The notes: generated by a model from the letters alone, not told the origin. Shown: positions 10,907-20,042, numbered from the stretch's first letter. The stretch is DNA of 64,000 nt from Ancalomicrobiaceae bacterium (GCA_031291575.1 JARLIT010000076.1:410-64409), one strand, 5' to 3'. A program made the numbers and translations.

Positions 10907-12392
10907 CGGTCCCCTCCCGGAAGCCGGCGACGCGGGTCGCCCTGGTGGTTTCTCCCGCCAACTCGATCAGTGCCTTTTCCAAAAGCGCCTGCGCCGTGTC
11001 GCGGCGATAGGCCGCGGAGGCGCGCATGTCGTCGATCGGCGCGTAATCCCGGGCGAGCGCCTCGATCGCCAAAGTCCACGAGCTGGAATCGTCGAGCGAG
11101 GCGCCGACGAGCGCCTTCTCTGCCGCCGCCGCCCGTTTCGGCGTCGCCGCCATGCCGCCGAAGGCAATCCGCGCCTCGCGGATGAAGCCGGTGTCGACGG
11201 TGAGCCTGAAGGCGGCCATGATGGCGGAAATATCCTGGTCGTAGCGCTTGGCGATCTTGTAGGCGCGGAAGAGCTGGTCTGACTTGAGCTTCGGCACGCG
11301 TACCGAGGCAACGAATTCGCCCGGGCGGCGATCCTGCTTGCCATAGGCCAGGAAGTACTCCTCGAGCGGCAGCGAGCGCGTCGTCGTGCCCCGCCTGAGC
11401 GTCAGCGTCGCTCCGAGCGCGATCAGGGCCGGCGGGCTGTCGCCGATCGGCGAGCCGTTGGCGATATTGCCGCCGACGGTGCCCGACGCGCGCACCTGTT
11501 CGGAGCCGATGCGCCGCCAGATCTCGTCGAGGTCGGGATCGATAGCGGCGACCGCCGCCCGGCTCTCGGCGAAGGTCGCGCCAGATCCCAGGGTCACGCC
11601 GGCGTCGTCGATCGACACGGTATTGAAGCCGGCGGCACGGCCGACATGGATGATCTTCGGCAGGTCCTTCAACTGCTTGGTCACCCACAGGCCAACATCG
11701 GTGGCACCGGCGACGAGCGTAGCATCCGGATGGGTGGCATAGAGGCTGGCGAGCGCATCAATGGAGGCCGGCGCAGCGAAGAACCGATCGGGCGAGCCGA
11801 CGAAGACGTCCTGGCCGTCATCGAGTTCGGCCAGCCGTGCCGCCGTCTCGGCCGCCCGTGCCGCGAAGGCATCGGCCGGCTTGTGATCGGGCCGGCTGTC
11901 GCAGGCTTCGAGCGCCGCGTCGACGATCGGCCGATAGCCAGTGCACCGGCACAGATTGCCGGACAGCTGGGACAGCACGTCGTTGCGCCCGACCGGCTCG
12001 CCCGCTTCGTAGAGCGTGAACAGGCTCATGACGATGCCGGGCGTGCAGAAGCCGCATTGCGAGCCGTGGTGCGCCACCATCGCCGCCTGGACGGGATGCA
12101 ACTCCCCGCCGTCAGACAGGTCCTCGACGGTGACGACTTCGGCGCCGTCGACCTGGCCGAGGAGCTGGATGCAGGCATTGACCGGGCGATAGACGACACG
12201 GCCGTCAACCAGCCGGCCGAGAGCAACGGTGCAGGCGCCGCAATCGCCTTCGCCGCAGCCTTCCTTGGTGCCGGTCAGGCCACGCGTCAGACGAAGGTGA
12301 TCAAGGAGCGTGGCGGTCGGCGCGAAGCCCGTGGCTTCGACGATACGCCCGGATGACAGATAACGAATGGATGCACGCGAAGGCTCGGACAC
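10890..12392 (-). CDS. xdhA: Xanthine dehydrogenase small subunit (2Fe-2S + FAD domains)
   Basis: Iron-sulfur motifs CGEGDCGAC and CRCTGYRPI, followed by an FAD-binding domain. It overlaps the xdhB start by 17 nt. Confidence 0.9.
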   Translation of the reverse strand: MSEPSRASIRYLSSGRIVEATGFAPTATLLDHLRLTRGLTGTKEGCGEGDCGACTVALGRLVDGRVVYRPVNACIQLLGQVDGAEVVTVEDLSDGGELHPVQAAMVAHHGSQCGFCTPGIVMSLFTLYEAGEPVGRNDVLSQLSGNLCRCTGYRPIVDAALEACDSRPDHKPADAFAARAAETAARLAELDDGQDVFVGSPDRFFAAPASIDALASLYATHPDATLVAGATDVGLWVTKQLKDLPKIIHVGRAAGFNTVSIDDAGVTLGSGATFAESRAAVAAIDPDLDEIWRRIGSEQVRASGTVGGNIANGSPIGDSPPALIALGATLTLRRGTTTRSLPLEEYFLAYGKQDRRPGEFVASVRVPKLKSDQLFRAYKIAKRYDQDISAIMAAFRLTVDTGFIREARIAFGGMAATPKRAAAAEKALVGASLDDSSSWTLAIEALARDYAPIDDMRASAAYRRDTAQALLEKALIELAGETTRATRVAGFREGTDERVA

Positions 12393-12395
12393 CGG

Positions 12396-12746
12396 TCAAC
12401 TCCCGCGATAGGTCGCATAGCCGAAAGGCGAGATCAGCAGGGGTACGTGATAGTGGGCCGTCGCGTCTGAAATGCCGAAGCGGATCGGAATGACGTCGAG
12501 AAACAACGGTTCGGCCAGTCCTGAGGCCGTCTGCCTGAGATAGTCCCCGGCATGGAACCGCAACTCATAGGTCGCGCACGCAAATGCCTCGCCGGCAAGC
12601 AGCGGCTGATCGATACGGCCATCCTGGTTGGTCGAAAAGCTGCCGAGCAGCTCGCCGTCGGGAGCGATCCGCCAAAGCTCGATGGTCAAGCCTTGCGCCG
12701 GCCGGCCCCTGGCGGTGTCGAGCACATGCGTGGTCAAACGCCCCAT
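12396..12746 (-). CDS. uraH: 5-hydroxyisourate hydrolase (transthyretin-like)
   Basis: 116 aa. N-terminal [14 protein letters not shown] and the diagnostic C-terminal YRGS. Confidence 0.9.
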   Translation of the reverse strand: MGRLTTHVLDTARGRPAQGLTIELWRIAPDGELLGSFSTNQDGRIDQPLLAGEAFACATYELRFHAGDYLRQTASGLAEPLFLDVIPIRFGISDATAHYHVPLLISPFGYATYRGS

Positions 12747-13562
12747 TCCACATCCCCTGGTCTTCCATTGCCCGCTTGTACACGACAGCGCGGGCGATTC
12801 CGCGCATCATGGCGCGGAACCGAGCCCCACAAAAGCGGAGATTTCGCGCCGCTGCCGGGCGTCAAACCCGGCAAAGGCGACGACGTCTGCCTTCAATCGA
12901 GGCATATTGCCCACTTCTTGACCATGCGTCCGGCGTCATTCCGCCGCGGCTTGGCCGTCGCCGGAACGGCTGTGATCGCGTTCGCCAACCGGCCGAGGCG
13001 CTCATCCGTGTGGTCGAGGCAGGCGTCGGCCGGCGTGCTCAGTGCCGGCGAGGATGTCGCCGGCGGAGGACGCTTGGCACGCCGGCCTTCCGCCTCGTCC
13101 GATCCGGATCACCGACGCCATGGCCGTTGCACCACCATGGCGCGATCTAAATGTCTACATTTGTTTCTAGCTGTGAAGCCAATGTTCAGTCTTGCAGCCG
13201 AGTATTCAGGACATTTGCCTATTATCGGATCCCACTATCGATATCCTCCGACAATTCAGCCCAGCTACAGGCCTGAAGGCACAGACTATCCATCGCTTGA
13301 CGCAATGACGGATAGATAAATATCGACTGCTTCCGATGCGCAAATGTTGCGAATATCGTCGCTGATTGCTCAAGTCGAGCCACCATGTGTACGGTTACGA
13401 CATCATGACTGAGATCGGTATCATTTTACCGGTCAACATTTGTTCTTTTTACGTTGCCCATCCGATGCCATTCGGCCCCGCTCGCATGCCGTTATCAGAA
13501 TGTTAAATGCCGTTTTGTTCAGGGGGCGACTGATCTGGCGCAAAGGCGCGAACCAACGCTCG

Positions 13563-13610
13563 GGCGGTTGACGGCGGTTGACGGACGATCGGTTGGAATC
13601 GGTTGGATTG
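13563..13610. repeat. Phased short direct repeats: GGCGGTTGAC x2 then ATCGGTTGGA x2
   Basis: The CGGTTG core occurs at 13565, 13575, 13590 and 13600 (spacings 10, 15 and 10 nt). The array lies immediately 3' of the response-regulator stop. Confidence 0.8.
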
Positions 13611-13656
13611 AGCCGGGCAGAGCCGGCGCGATCGGCCGGATGCGGCCGTCGATGCC

Positions 13657-14151
13657 TCAGGCGGCGTGCGAATCCGTCGAGTTGGCCTGCCAGATTTTCT
13701 GGCGATTGCGGATCTTGCGTGGCGCCGGACCGAAATAGGTCGGAGTCTTGATGAATTCGCGCGGGTGCAGGATGACGCTGGCGACGCGCTGATAGAGCGC
13801 CTTGGCTGAGATCGGCTTGCACAACATCTCATGGATGCCGAGCTTGCGCGCCTCGAAGATGCGCGAACGTTCGGTGTGCGCGGTGACCATGATCACAGGC
13901 ACGTAGGCGAAGGGATTGGCAGGGTTGCGGATCATGCGCACCATGTCGGCGCCGTCGAGGATCGGCATGACCCAGTCGAGGATCAGGATGTCGGGGTTGG
14001 CGCGGTCCATCGCTTCAAGGCCCGACGCGCCATCTTCCGCTTCGACGATGCGGCGGGCACCAAAGCCCTGCAGCATGGTGCGCAGGATGGTGCGCATATA
14101 AGCGCTGTCCTCGACGACGAGGAAGGTGAGAGCCGACAGATCCAGATTCAC
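13657..14151 (-). CDS. Single-domain CheY-like response regulator with a short basic C-terminal tail
   Basis: The track ORF 13657..14334 is over-extended. AAAGAGGA plus 8 nt then GTG at 14151 gives (M)NLDLSALTFLVVEDS...ILDWVMP...VTAH...CKP, which contains the receiver hallmarks (DD, D, T, K). Confidence 0.8.
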   Translation of the reverse strand: MNLDLSALTFLVVEDSAYMRTILRTMLQGFGARRIVEAEDGASGLEAMDRANPDILILDWVMPILDGADMVRMIRNPANPFAYVPVIMVTAHTERSRIFEARKLGIHEMLCKPISAKALYQRVASVILHPREFIKTPTYFGPAPRKIRNRQKIWQANSTDSHAA

Positions 14152-14365
14152 GGCGACAGTCCTCTTTCGACGACAGAATGCCTTGGAATTCCTGAAAATA
14201 TCGTTGATCCGCAAGCCCGGTCGAACTTGGCCGTGAAGGCCGCGCCTTCGCCTGCCTCCTGGGCGCGGATGCAGCCGTGAAGGTGAGGCACGCTGGCGAC
14301 GGCCGCGCGGTTTGCGACGCTTGCGAGATAACACGCAATTTCACAGGTGCGATGCAACGACGGAC

Positions 14366-14379
14366 TTGATCCAACTCAA
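14366..14379. promoter_or_regulatory. FixK/FNR-type box TTGATCCAACTCAA (perfect TTGA-N6-TCAA)
   Basis: Lies in the divergent spacer between the CheY-like regulator (start 14151) and hemA (start 14583). Confidence 0.6.
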
Positions 14380-14582
14380 TCCCTTGGCCCATGTTATAAG
14401 AAATAGTTGGGGCCAATCGGGTCACAAGCCGTGTGTCCGGGACGCCGAGTTCGACGAAAAACGATCTTGCGCGATCCCACCACTCGGGTGCATCGAGCAT
14501 CGTCGGGGGGCACTTGGCGAGGCGACGCGGAATTTGCGTTTTGTGGGGGCGAACGCTCCAACGACGGATCGAGGTCGAACGA

Positions 14583-15878
14583 ATGAATTACCAGGCCGTA
14601 TTCGAAGGTGCGATCGAAGCCCTGAAGCACGAGCGGCGCTATCGTGTTTTCGCCGATCTCGAGCGGATCGTCGGCCGGTTTCCGTATGCGTTGTGGCGCA
14701 AGGATCGCGAGGCCCGGCAGAACGCCCCGCGCGAGATCGTCGTGTGGTGCTCGAACGACTATCTCGGCATGGGCCAGCATCCCGACGTCATCGCCGCCAT
14801 GGTCGCGGCGGCCGAGGGCATCGGCGCCGGGGCCGGGGGCACGCGCAATATTTCCGGCAGTAGCCATCCCCTCGTCGAGCTCGAGCACGAGTTGGCCGAC
14901 CTGCACGGCAAGGAAGCCGCGCTGGTCTTCACGTCTGGCTTCGTCTCCAACGAAGCCGCGATCTCGACCATCGCGCGACTGCTGCCCGATTGCCTGATTC
15001 TGTCGGACGAACTCAACCACGCCTCGATGATCGAGGGCATCCGCCGTTCCGGATGCGACAAGAAGATCTTCCGCCACAACGACATGGCCCACTTGGAAGA
15101 GTTGCTCGCCAATGCCGCCCCGGGCCGCGCCAAGCTGATCGCCTTCGAATCGATCTACTCGATGGACGGCGACATTTCACCGATCGCCGAGATCTGCGAC
15201 CTCGCCGAGAAATACGGCGCGCTGACCTATATCGACGAAGTGCATGCGGTCGGCATGTACGGACCGCGCGGCGGCGGCATCGCCGACCGCGAAGGGCTGA
15301 TGAGCCGCATCGACGTCATCGAGGGCACGTTGGCCAAGGCCTTCGGCACGCTCGGCGGCTATATCACGGCCTCGGCCGCACTCGTCGATGCGGTCAGGTC
15401 CTATGCGCCGGGCTTCATTTTCACCACCGCCCTGCCGCCGGCGATCGCCTCGGCCGCGACCGCCTCGATCCGCCTCCTGAAGGCCTCGTCGGCCGAACGC
15501 GAGGCGCACCAGCGTCAGGCGGCGCGCACCAAGGCGGTGCTCGGCGCCGCGGGTCTGCCGGTGATGCCGAGCGAGACGCATATCGTGCCGCTGTTGGTCG
15601 GCGACCCCGACCTGTGCAAGAAGGCCTCCGACATCCTGTTGGAAGAGCACGGCATCTACATTCAGCCGATCAATTATCCGACGGTTCCGCGCGGCACGGA
15701 ACGCCTGCGGATCACGCCGACGCCGTTCCACGACGATGCACTGATCGACGGGCTGAAGGCCGCGCTGGTCGATGTCTGGACCCGGCTCGGGCTGCCGCTG
15801 TCGGGCCCCGCCTCGATCGAACGCATCGAGGCGGACGAGGCCGTCGCCGTACTACCGCTCAACCGCGCGGGCGGTTGA
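14583..15878 (+). CDS. hemA: 5-aminolevulinate synthase
   Basis: The conserved sequence starts at [23 protein letters not shown], and [11 protein letters not shown] and EGTLAKAFG (PLP-Lys region) are present. The track ORF 14433.. is over-extended. Confidence 0.9.
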   Translation: MNYQAVFEGAIEALKHERRYRVFADLERIVGRFPYALWRKDREARQNAPREIVVWCSNDYLGMGQHPDVIAAMVAAAEGIGAGAGGTRNISGSSHPLVELEHELADLHGKEAALVFTSGFVSNEAAISTIARLLPDCLILSDELNHASMIEGIRRSGCDKKIFRHNDMAHLEELLANAAPGRAKLIAFESIYSMDGDISPIAEICDLAEKYGALTYIDEVHAVGMYGPRGGGIADREGLMSRIDVIEGTLAKAFGTLGGYITASAALVDAVRSYAPGFIFTTALPPAIASAATASIRLLKASSAEREAHQRQAARTKAVLGAAGLPVMPSETHIVPLLVGDPDLCKKASDILLEEHGIYIQPINYPTVPRGTERLRITPTPFHDDALIDGLKAALVDVWTRLGLPLSGPASIERIEADEAVAVLPLNRAGG

Positions 15879-15941
15879 GGACCAGCGATGCCGACCAATA
15901 CTTACGGCCCTTCCGCCTGACGCATCCGTCCCGTGCGGCGT

Positions 15942-15963
15942 CATCCCGGCTTTCGCCGGGATG
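15942..15963. repeat. REP-like hairpin (9-bp stem CATCCCGGC / GCCGGGATG)
   Basis: Perfect stem with a TTTC loop, located in the hemA 3' flank. Confidence 0.7.
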
Positions 15964-16034
15964 CCCCCCGTTGGGGCAAGATCGGTCAACATTCAGGGCC
16001 ATTCGTATAACTTGGCCGGTGCGAGATAAGCTGC

Positions 16035-16111
16035 CGTCATTGCGATCGGAGCGAAGCAATCCAGCCAGTCACATAAAGACTCTGGATTGCTTCGCTCCGC
16101 TCGCAATGACG
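16035..16111. repeat. Long REP-like palindrome (30-nt arms, one mismatch, 17-nt spacer); likely bidirectional terminator
   Basis: CGTCATTGCGATCGGAGCGAAGCAATCCAG (16035-16064) pairs with CTGGATTGCTTCGCTCCGCTCGCAATGACG (16082-16111). It sits between the convergent hemA and 16154..16666 genes. Confidence 0.85.
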
Positions 16112-16153
16112 ATTGGAGAGATCCTGTCCGAACGAGACAAATCGTTCCGAGAG

Positions 16154-16666
16154 CTACTCCTGCAGGTACTGCTTGGAGATCTCCTTGAGGCTCGACTCCT
16201 TGCCACGGATGTCGTCGATTTTCCAGATGCCCGCCTCGGACACGAAATCGAAACTCACGACGACCTTGTCTTCAAGGCTGGTGAAGCGTGCCTCGACCGT
16301 CGTCTTGGCGGGCGACTGACTGGTGACGACAATGTTCAGCCCCTTCACCTCGCCGTCCTGGCCGTCGATCAACGGCTCGTAGTCGATGCCGGGCTCATCG
16401 TTCTTCTGCGACTTCGCAAACACCTTGCCGATCAACTGCGCGGTCGCCTTGGTGAAATAGCGGGGCCTGAAGGTGTCGTCGAGGTAGTCGTAGGCTTCGG
16501 CAAAATAGCGGTCATAAAGGTTCCTGACGATCTCCTCCGGCTTGGCGTCGGTAGCCGGCGGCGGAGGCGGCGTCTTCTTGGTCGGTTCCTCGGCCTGAAC
16601 CCCTTCGGCCCCCATCAGGACGATGGCGGCGATGAAGGCCAGCATCTGGCGGCGGAATACGGTCAT
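16154..16666 (-). CDS. Secreted/periplasmic protein of unknown function (DUF3828-like)
   Basis: SD AAGGTG plus 6 nt precedes ATG 16666. There is a signal peptide (MTVFRRQMLAFIAAIVLMGAEGVQA) followed by a Pro-rich linker. Confidence 0.65.
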   Translation of the reverse strand: MTVFRRQMLAFIAAIVLMGAEGVQAEEPTKKTPPPPPATDAKPEEIVRNLYDRYFAEAYDYLDDTFRPRYFTKATAQLIGKVFAKSQKNDEPGIDYEPLIDGQDGEVKGLNIVVTSQSPAKTTVEARFTSLEDKVVVSFDFVSEAGIWKIDDIRGKESSLKEISKQYLQE

Positions 16667-16882
16667 GGCAATCACCTTTTCAGAACGTCCGGCGAAGACT
16701 CGCGTGCGCCGGCGCTCGATTCGAACTGCCGATGTTTTAGCGCGCCGGCGGTGACATCCCGCTGAACGGAAGCCCGTTCCTAGAGCACGGTGCGTCCAAT
16801 TGGACGCCCATACGGCGCGCTATCTGTTTAAGTCGAGAACATCCTGTCTGCGTCAGCCGACTCCGGCCGATCGCAGGACAGT

Positions 16883-16997
16883 CTAGAGCATTTCCCGCTC
16901 AGATGGAATCATCTGAGCGAAGGGAAATGCTCTAGATTCAATAACTTGAGTGTGTCCTTATGGTTCGGATCGCTTCGATCCGAACGGGCACGCGCTA
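16883..16997 (+). repeat. RIME/REP-like two-hairpin intergenic element, copy A
   Basis: Hairpin 1 is CTAGAGCATTTCCCGCTCAGAT-GGAATC-ATCTGAGCGAAGGGAAATGCTCTAG. It is followed by the box AGATTCAATAACTTGAGTGTGT and hairpin 2, GTTCGGATCG-CTT-CGATCCGAAC. It abuts the fixS stop. Related copies lie at 31030, 47875 and 58532. Confidence 0.85.
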
Positions 16998-17159
16998 GGC
17001 GCCACCACCGCGCTTCGGCAGGTCGTCGTCGGACAGAACCCGCCATTTCGCCCCTTCGATGTCGTCGTACTGGCCGGTCTTCAAGGTCCACAGGAACGCC
17101 ATGAGCCCCAGGAAGCCGAGGCTCAGCGCGATCGGGATCAGATAGATGAGGACGTCCAT
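16995..17159 (-). CDS. fixS: cbb3 oxidase maturation protein FixS/CcoS (54 aa)
   Basis: Not in the ORF track (under 60 aa). My translation is MDVLIYLIPIALSLGFLGLMAFLWTLKTGQYDDIEGAKWRVLSDDDLPKRGGGA. This is the typical CcoS sequence, positioned after fixI. Confidence 0.85.
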   Translation of the reverse strand: MDVLIYLIPIALSLGFLGLMAFLWTLKTGQYDDIEGAKWRVLSDDDLPKRGGGA

Positions 17160-17257
17160 CTCCGCTTCCCTGGTTGTCTCGGCCCGGCTCCGAGGATGGC
17201 GCCGAGGCGCCGCCCCGCGACGCCACCATCATGCCCGGCGGCACGATCATTTGCCAG

Positions 17258-19447
17258 CTATTTCAATTTCAGTCGCAAGGCGTTCAAGGTGACGATGACC
17301 GAGGATCCAGACATCGCCAAGGCCGCCAGCAGCGGCGTGACCAAGCCGGCGATCGCGATCGGCACGGCGATCAGATTGTAGACGACCGAGATCGAGAGGT
17401 TTTCGATCATGGCGGCGTGCGAGCGGCGGGCGATGGCAAGCGCGTCGGCGACGGGCGCCAACCGGTCGCCGAGGAAGACGGCGTCAGCGGCCGCCTGCGC
17501 CAGGTGCACTGCGGTGACCGGCGACAGCGACACATGGGCGGCGGCGAGCGCGGGCGCATCGTTGAGCCCGTCTCCGACCATCAGCACGCGCGAGCCCGCT
17601 GCCTTGAGCGCTTCGAGCCGGGCGATCTTGTCGGCGGGCCTGAGCGCCGCCGACCAAGTGGCGATACCGAGTTCGCGGGCCACCGACGACACGGCTTCGA
17701 CCCGGTCGCCGGAGAGGATCTCCAGGGCATAGCCCATCTTCTTCAGGCGCGTGCAGGTCACGGCGGCATCGACCCTCAGCCCCTGGCGGAAGGCGAACAG
17801 CACGGGCGCCTGATCGCCTGGCGCATAGGCGACGAGCGAGGCGCGCGGATGGCGAGACAGGAGGTCATCGACAACGGTCTGATCGACGCCGCAGAACTCG
17901 GCGCTGCCCAGACGCTCGAGCCGTCCGTCGACCTCGGCCTCGATGCCGAAGCCGGCGATCTCGCGGGCCCCGTCCGGCGGCGCCTCGGCATGGGCGACAT
18001 CGGCGAGCGCGCGGCCGAGCGGGTGGTGCGATGCGCCGGCGAGCCGGCCGGCCCGCTTCAGCAGGGTGCGGTCGACTGTGGCAAAATCGAGCAGCACGGG
18101 TTCGGCCAGCGTCAGCGTACCGGTCTTGTCGAAGACGATCGTATCGGCCGCCGCCAGCCGCTCGATGGCGTCGCCGGAATGGATCAGCACACCCTTCGAG
18201 AACATCAGCCCGGAGGCGACGACCTGCACCACGGGGATGGCCAGCGCCAGCGCACAGGGGCAGGTGATGATCAGCACCGAGACGGCGACGATCAGCGCCT
18301 CGGCGCCGGGAAGCCGGCCGGACAGATACCAGCCGAGGAAGGTGAGGATGGCGGCGGAATGGACGACGGGCGCATAGAGACGGGCGGCGCAGTCGGCGAG
18401 CCGCATGTAGCGCGACTTCGCCTGCGCAGCGTTTTCGAGGAGCCGGTTGACCTCTTCGAGCAGCGTGCCTTCGGTCGCCGCCGTCACCTGGACCTTCAGC
18501 GAGCCGGAGACGTTGAGCGTGCCGGCATAGACGCGGTCGCCGGGGGTCGTGGCGACGAGATCGGTCTCGCCGGTGACCAGCGACTGGTCGATCTCGGAGG
18601 TGCCGTCCTTGACCACACCGTCGACCGACACGTGCTCGCCCGGCCGCACCAGCACGAGATCGCCGGGATCGACGCGCGACAGAGGAACTTCGCGCAAGGA
18701 ACCGTCGGGTAGACACTTGACCGCGGTGATGGCCCGGAGCGCCGCCACGTTCTCGGCCACGCCGCGTGTCCGCCGCCGCATGCCATTGTCGAGCGTGCGC
18801 CCGACCAGAAGGAAGAACAGCAGCATCAACACTGAATCGAAATAGGCGTGCTCGGCCGAGCGCATGGTCTGGAAGAGCGAGAGGCCGAGGGTCAGCCAGA
18901 TGCCGATGGAAATCGGCACGTCCATGTTGGTTCTGAAGTGACGCAGCGCCCGCAAGGCCGAGCCGAAGAACGGCCGCCCGGCGTAAGCGACCGCAGGAAT
19001 GGAAATGAGGGCTGAGATCCAGTGGAACAGGTCGCGTGTCGCCGGCTCGATGTCGGTGACGTTGCCGGCCCACACCGACACCGACAGCAGCATGACGTTC
19101 ATGGCGGCAAAGCCGGCGACCCCCATGGCGCGATAGAGGCCGCGCTCCTCCGCCGCCTCTTCGGCGGTGCGCCGCGCCGGATCGAAGGGATGGGCACGGT
19201 AGCCAAGGTCTTCCAGACGCTGCACCACGGCATCGGCATCGACGCGACCGGGCTCCCAGTCGACGGCGAGGCGATGGGTGGTCAGGTTCAGGCGCGCATT
19301 TGCGACGCCCGGCAGTCCCGACAGGCCGTGCTCGATGGTCGACATGCAGGCGGCACAGGTGATGCCCTCGACGGCGAGGTCCATATGGGCACCGCCGTTG
19401 GGTTTCGGCGTGGTGAACGCCTGCCAGTCGCGAACGGGCGCGCGCAT
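17258..19447 (-). CDS. fixI: Copper-translocating P1B-type ATPase FixI/CcoI
   Basis: HMA motif GITCAACM, CPC in ITCPCAL, the DKTGT phosphorylation motif, and its position in fixGHIS. Confidence 0.9.
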   Translation of the reverse strand: MRAPVRDWQAFTTPKPNGGAHMDLAVEGITCAACMSTIEHGLSGLPGVANARLNLTTHRLAVDWEPGRVDADAVVQRLEDLGYRAHPFDPARRTAEEAAEERGLYRAMGVAGFAAMNVMLLSVSVWAGNVTDIEPATRDLFHWISALISIPAVAYAGRPFFGSALRALRHFRTNMDVPISIGIWLTLGLSLFQTMRSAEHAYFDSVLMLLFFLLVGRTLDNGMRRRTRGVAENVAALRAITAVKCLPDGSLREVPLSRVDPGDLVLVRPGEHVSVDGVVKDGTSEIDQSLVTGETDLVATTPGDRVYAGTLNVSGSLKVQVTAATEGTLLEEVNRLLENAAQAKSRYMRLADCAARLYAPVVHSAAILTFLGWYLSGRLPGAEALIVAVSVLIITCPCALALAIPVVQVVASGLMFSKGVLIHSGDAIERLAAADTIVFDKTGTLTLAEPVLLDFATVDRTLLKRAGRLAGASHHPLGRALADVAHAEAPPDGAREIAGFGIEAEVDGRLERLGSAEFCGVDQTVVDDLLSRHPRASLVAYAPGDQAPVLFAFRQGLRVDAAVTCTRLKKMGYALEILSGDRVEAVSSVARELGIATWSAALRPADKIARLEALKAAGSRVLMVGDGLNDAPALAAAHVSLSPVTAVHLAQAAADAVFLGDRLAPVADALAIARRSHAAMIENLSISVVYNLIAVPIAIAGLVTPLLAALAMSGSSVIVTLNALRLKLK

Positions 19448-19454
19448 CGACGCC

Positions 19455-20042
19455 TCACTTGAAGATCAGACGGTGCTCGGATTCGAAGAGATGCGGGGTG
19501 TTGCCGGCGGACCCGGGGCGCAAGGCCGGGCGATCCGCGTCGTTGGCCGGCGTCACGTCGGTGTCGGCATCGACGACCAGCGTCCATTGGCCGGCCGGCA
19601 CGCTCAACGCGGTGCCGGTATAGATCCCTGTCTCGCCCAGGACCTGCTTCAGGTCGACCGGGCGATCTTCGGCGCGGCTGGTCGGACGCTGCAACGTCGC
19701 ATGGAAGTCGACACCGGAGACCGGCACATTGTTGGCGTCGCGCGCATCGATGCGGATGGCGACCGTGCCGTCGGCAGCACGCGTGGCGTCCGCCTCCACG
19801 TGCCAATCGCGCAACTGCTGGGCGCGCGCCGCGGCAATGTAGATATTGTACTGCTGGCTCGCCTGATAGGACGAGTTGGTGACGGTGCCGGAGAAGGTGC
19901 CGATGGCGTAATAGACGAGAAAGCCGTTGGCGACGAACATGACGCCGAAAAAGGCGCCGAGCATCCCCAGCACGTGCCAGCCCGTCAACTTGCCCTTGCC
20001 ATCCGGCGCACCCAAAGCCCGCCCCTCCGATACCGAAGCCAT
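19455..20042 (-). CDS. fixH: FixH/CcoH
   Basis: N-terminal TM segment (GWHVLGMLGAFFGVMFVANGFLVYYA) and position between fixG and fixI. Confidence 0.8.
   Translation of the reverse strand: MASVSEGRALGAPDGKGKLTGWHVLGMLGAFFGVMFVANGFLVYYAIGTFSGTVTNSSYQASQQYNIYIAAARAQQLRDWHVEADATRAADGTVAIRIDARDANNVPVSGVDFHATLQRPTSRAEDRPVDLKQVLGETGIYTGTALSVPAGQWTLVVDADTDVTPANDADRPALRPGSAGNTPHLFESEHRLIFK

Noticed and set aside
12807-12914. Short minus-strand ORF (MPRLKADVVAFAGFDARQRREISAFVGLGSAP) just upstream of uraH, considered as a possible leader peptide.
   Set aside because: It has no recognisable SD and no similarity that I can recognise. The length and composition are compatible with chance in GC-rich DNA.
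12552-13319. Plus-strand 255-aa ORF containing a Tat-like segment (MRPASFRRGLAVAGTAVIAFA).
   Set aside because: It starts antisense inside uraH and has no SD. After the hydrophobic stretch it degenerates into Arg/Ser/Pro-rich sequence running into AT-rich DNA. It is at most a relic and cannot be supported as a gene.
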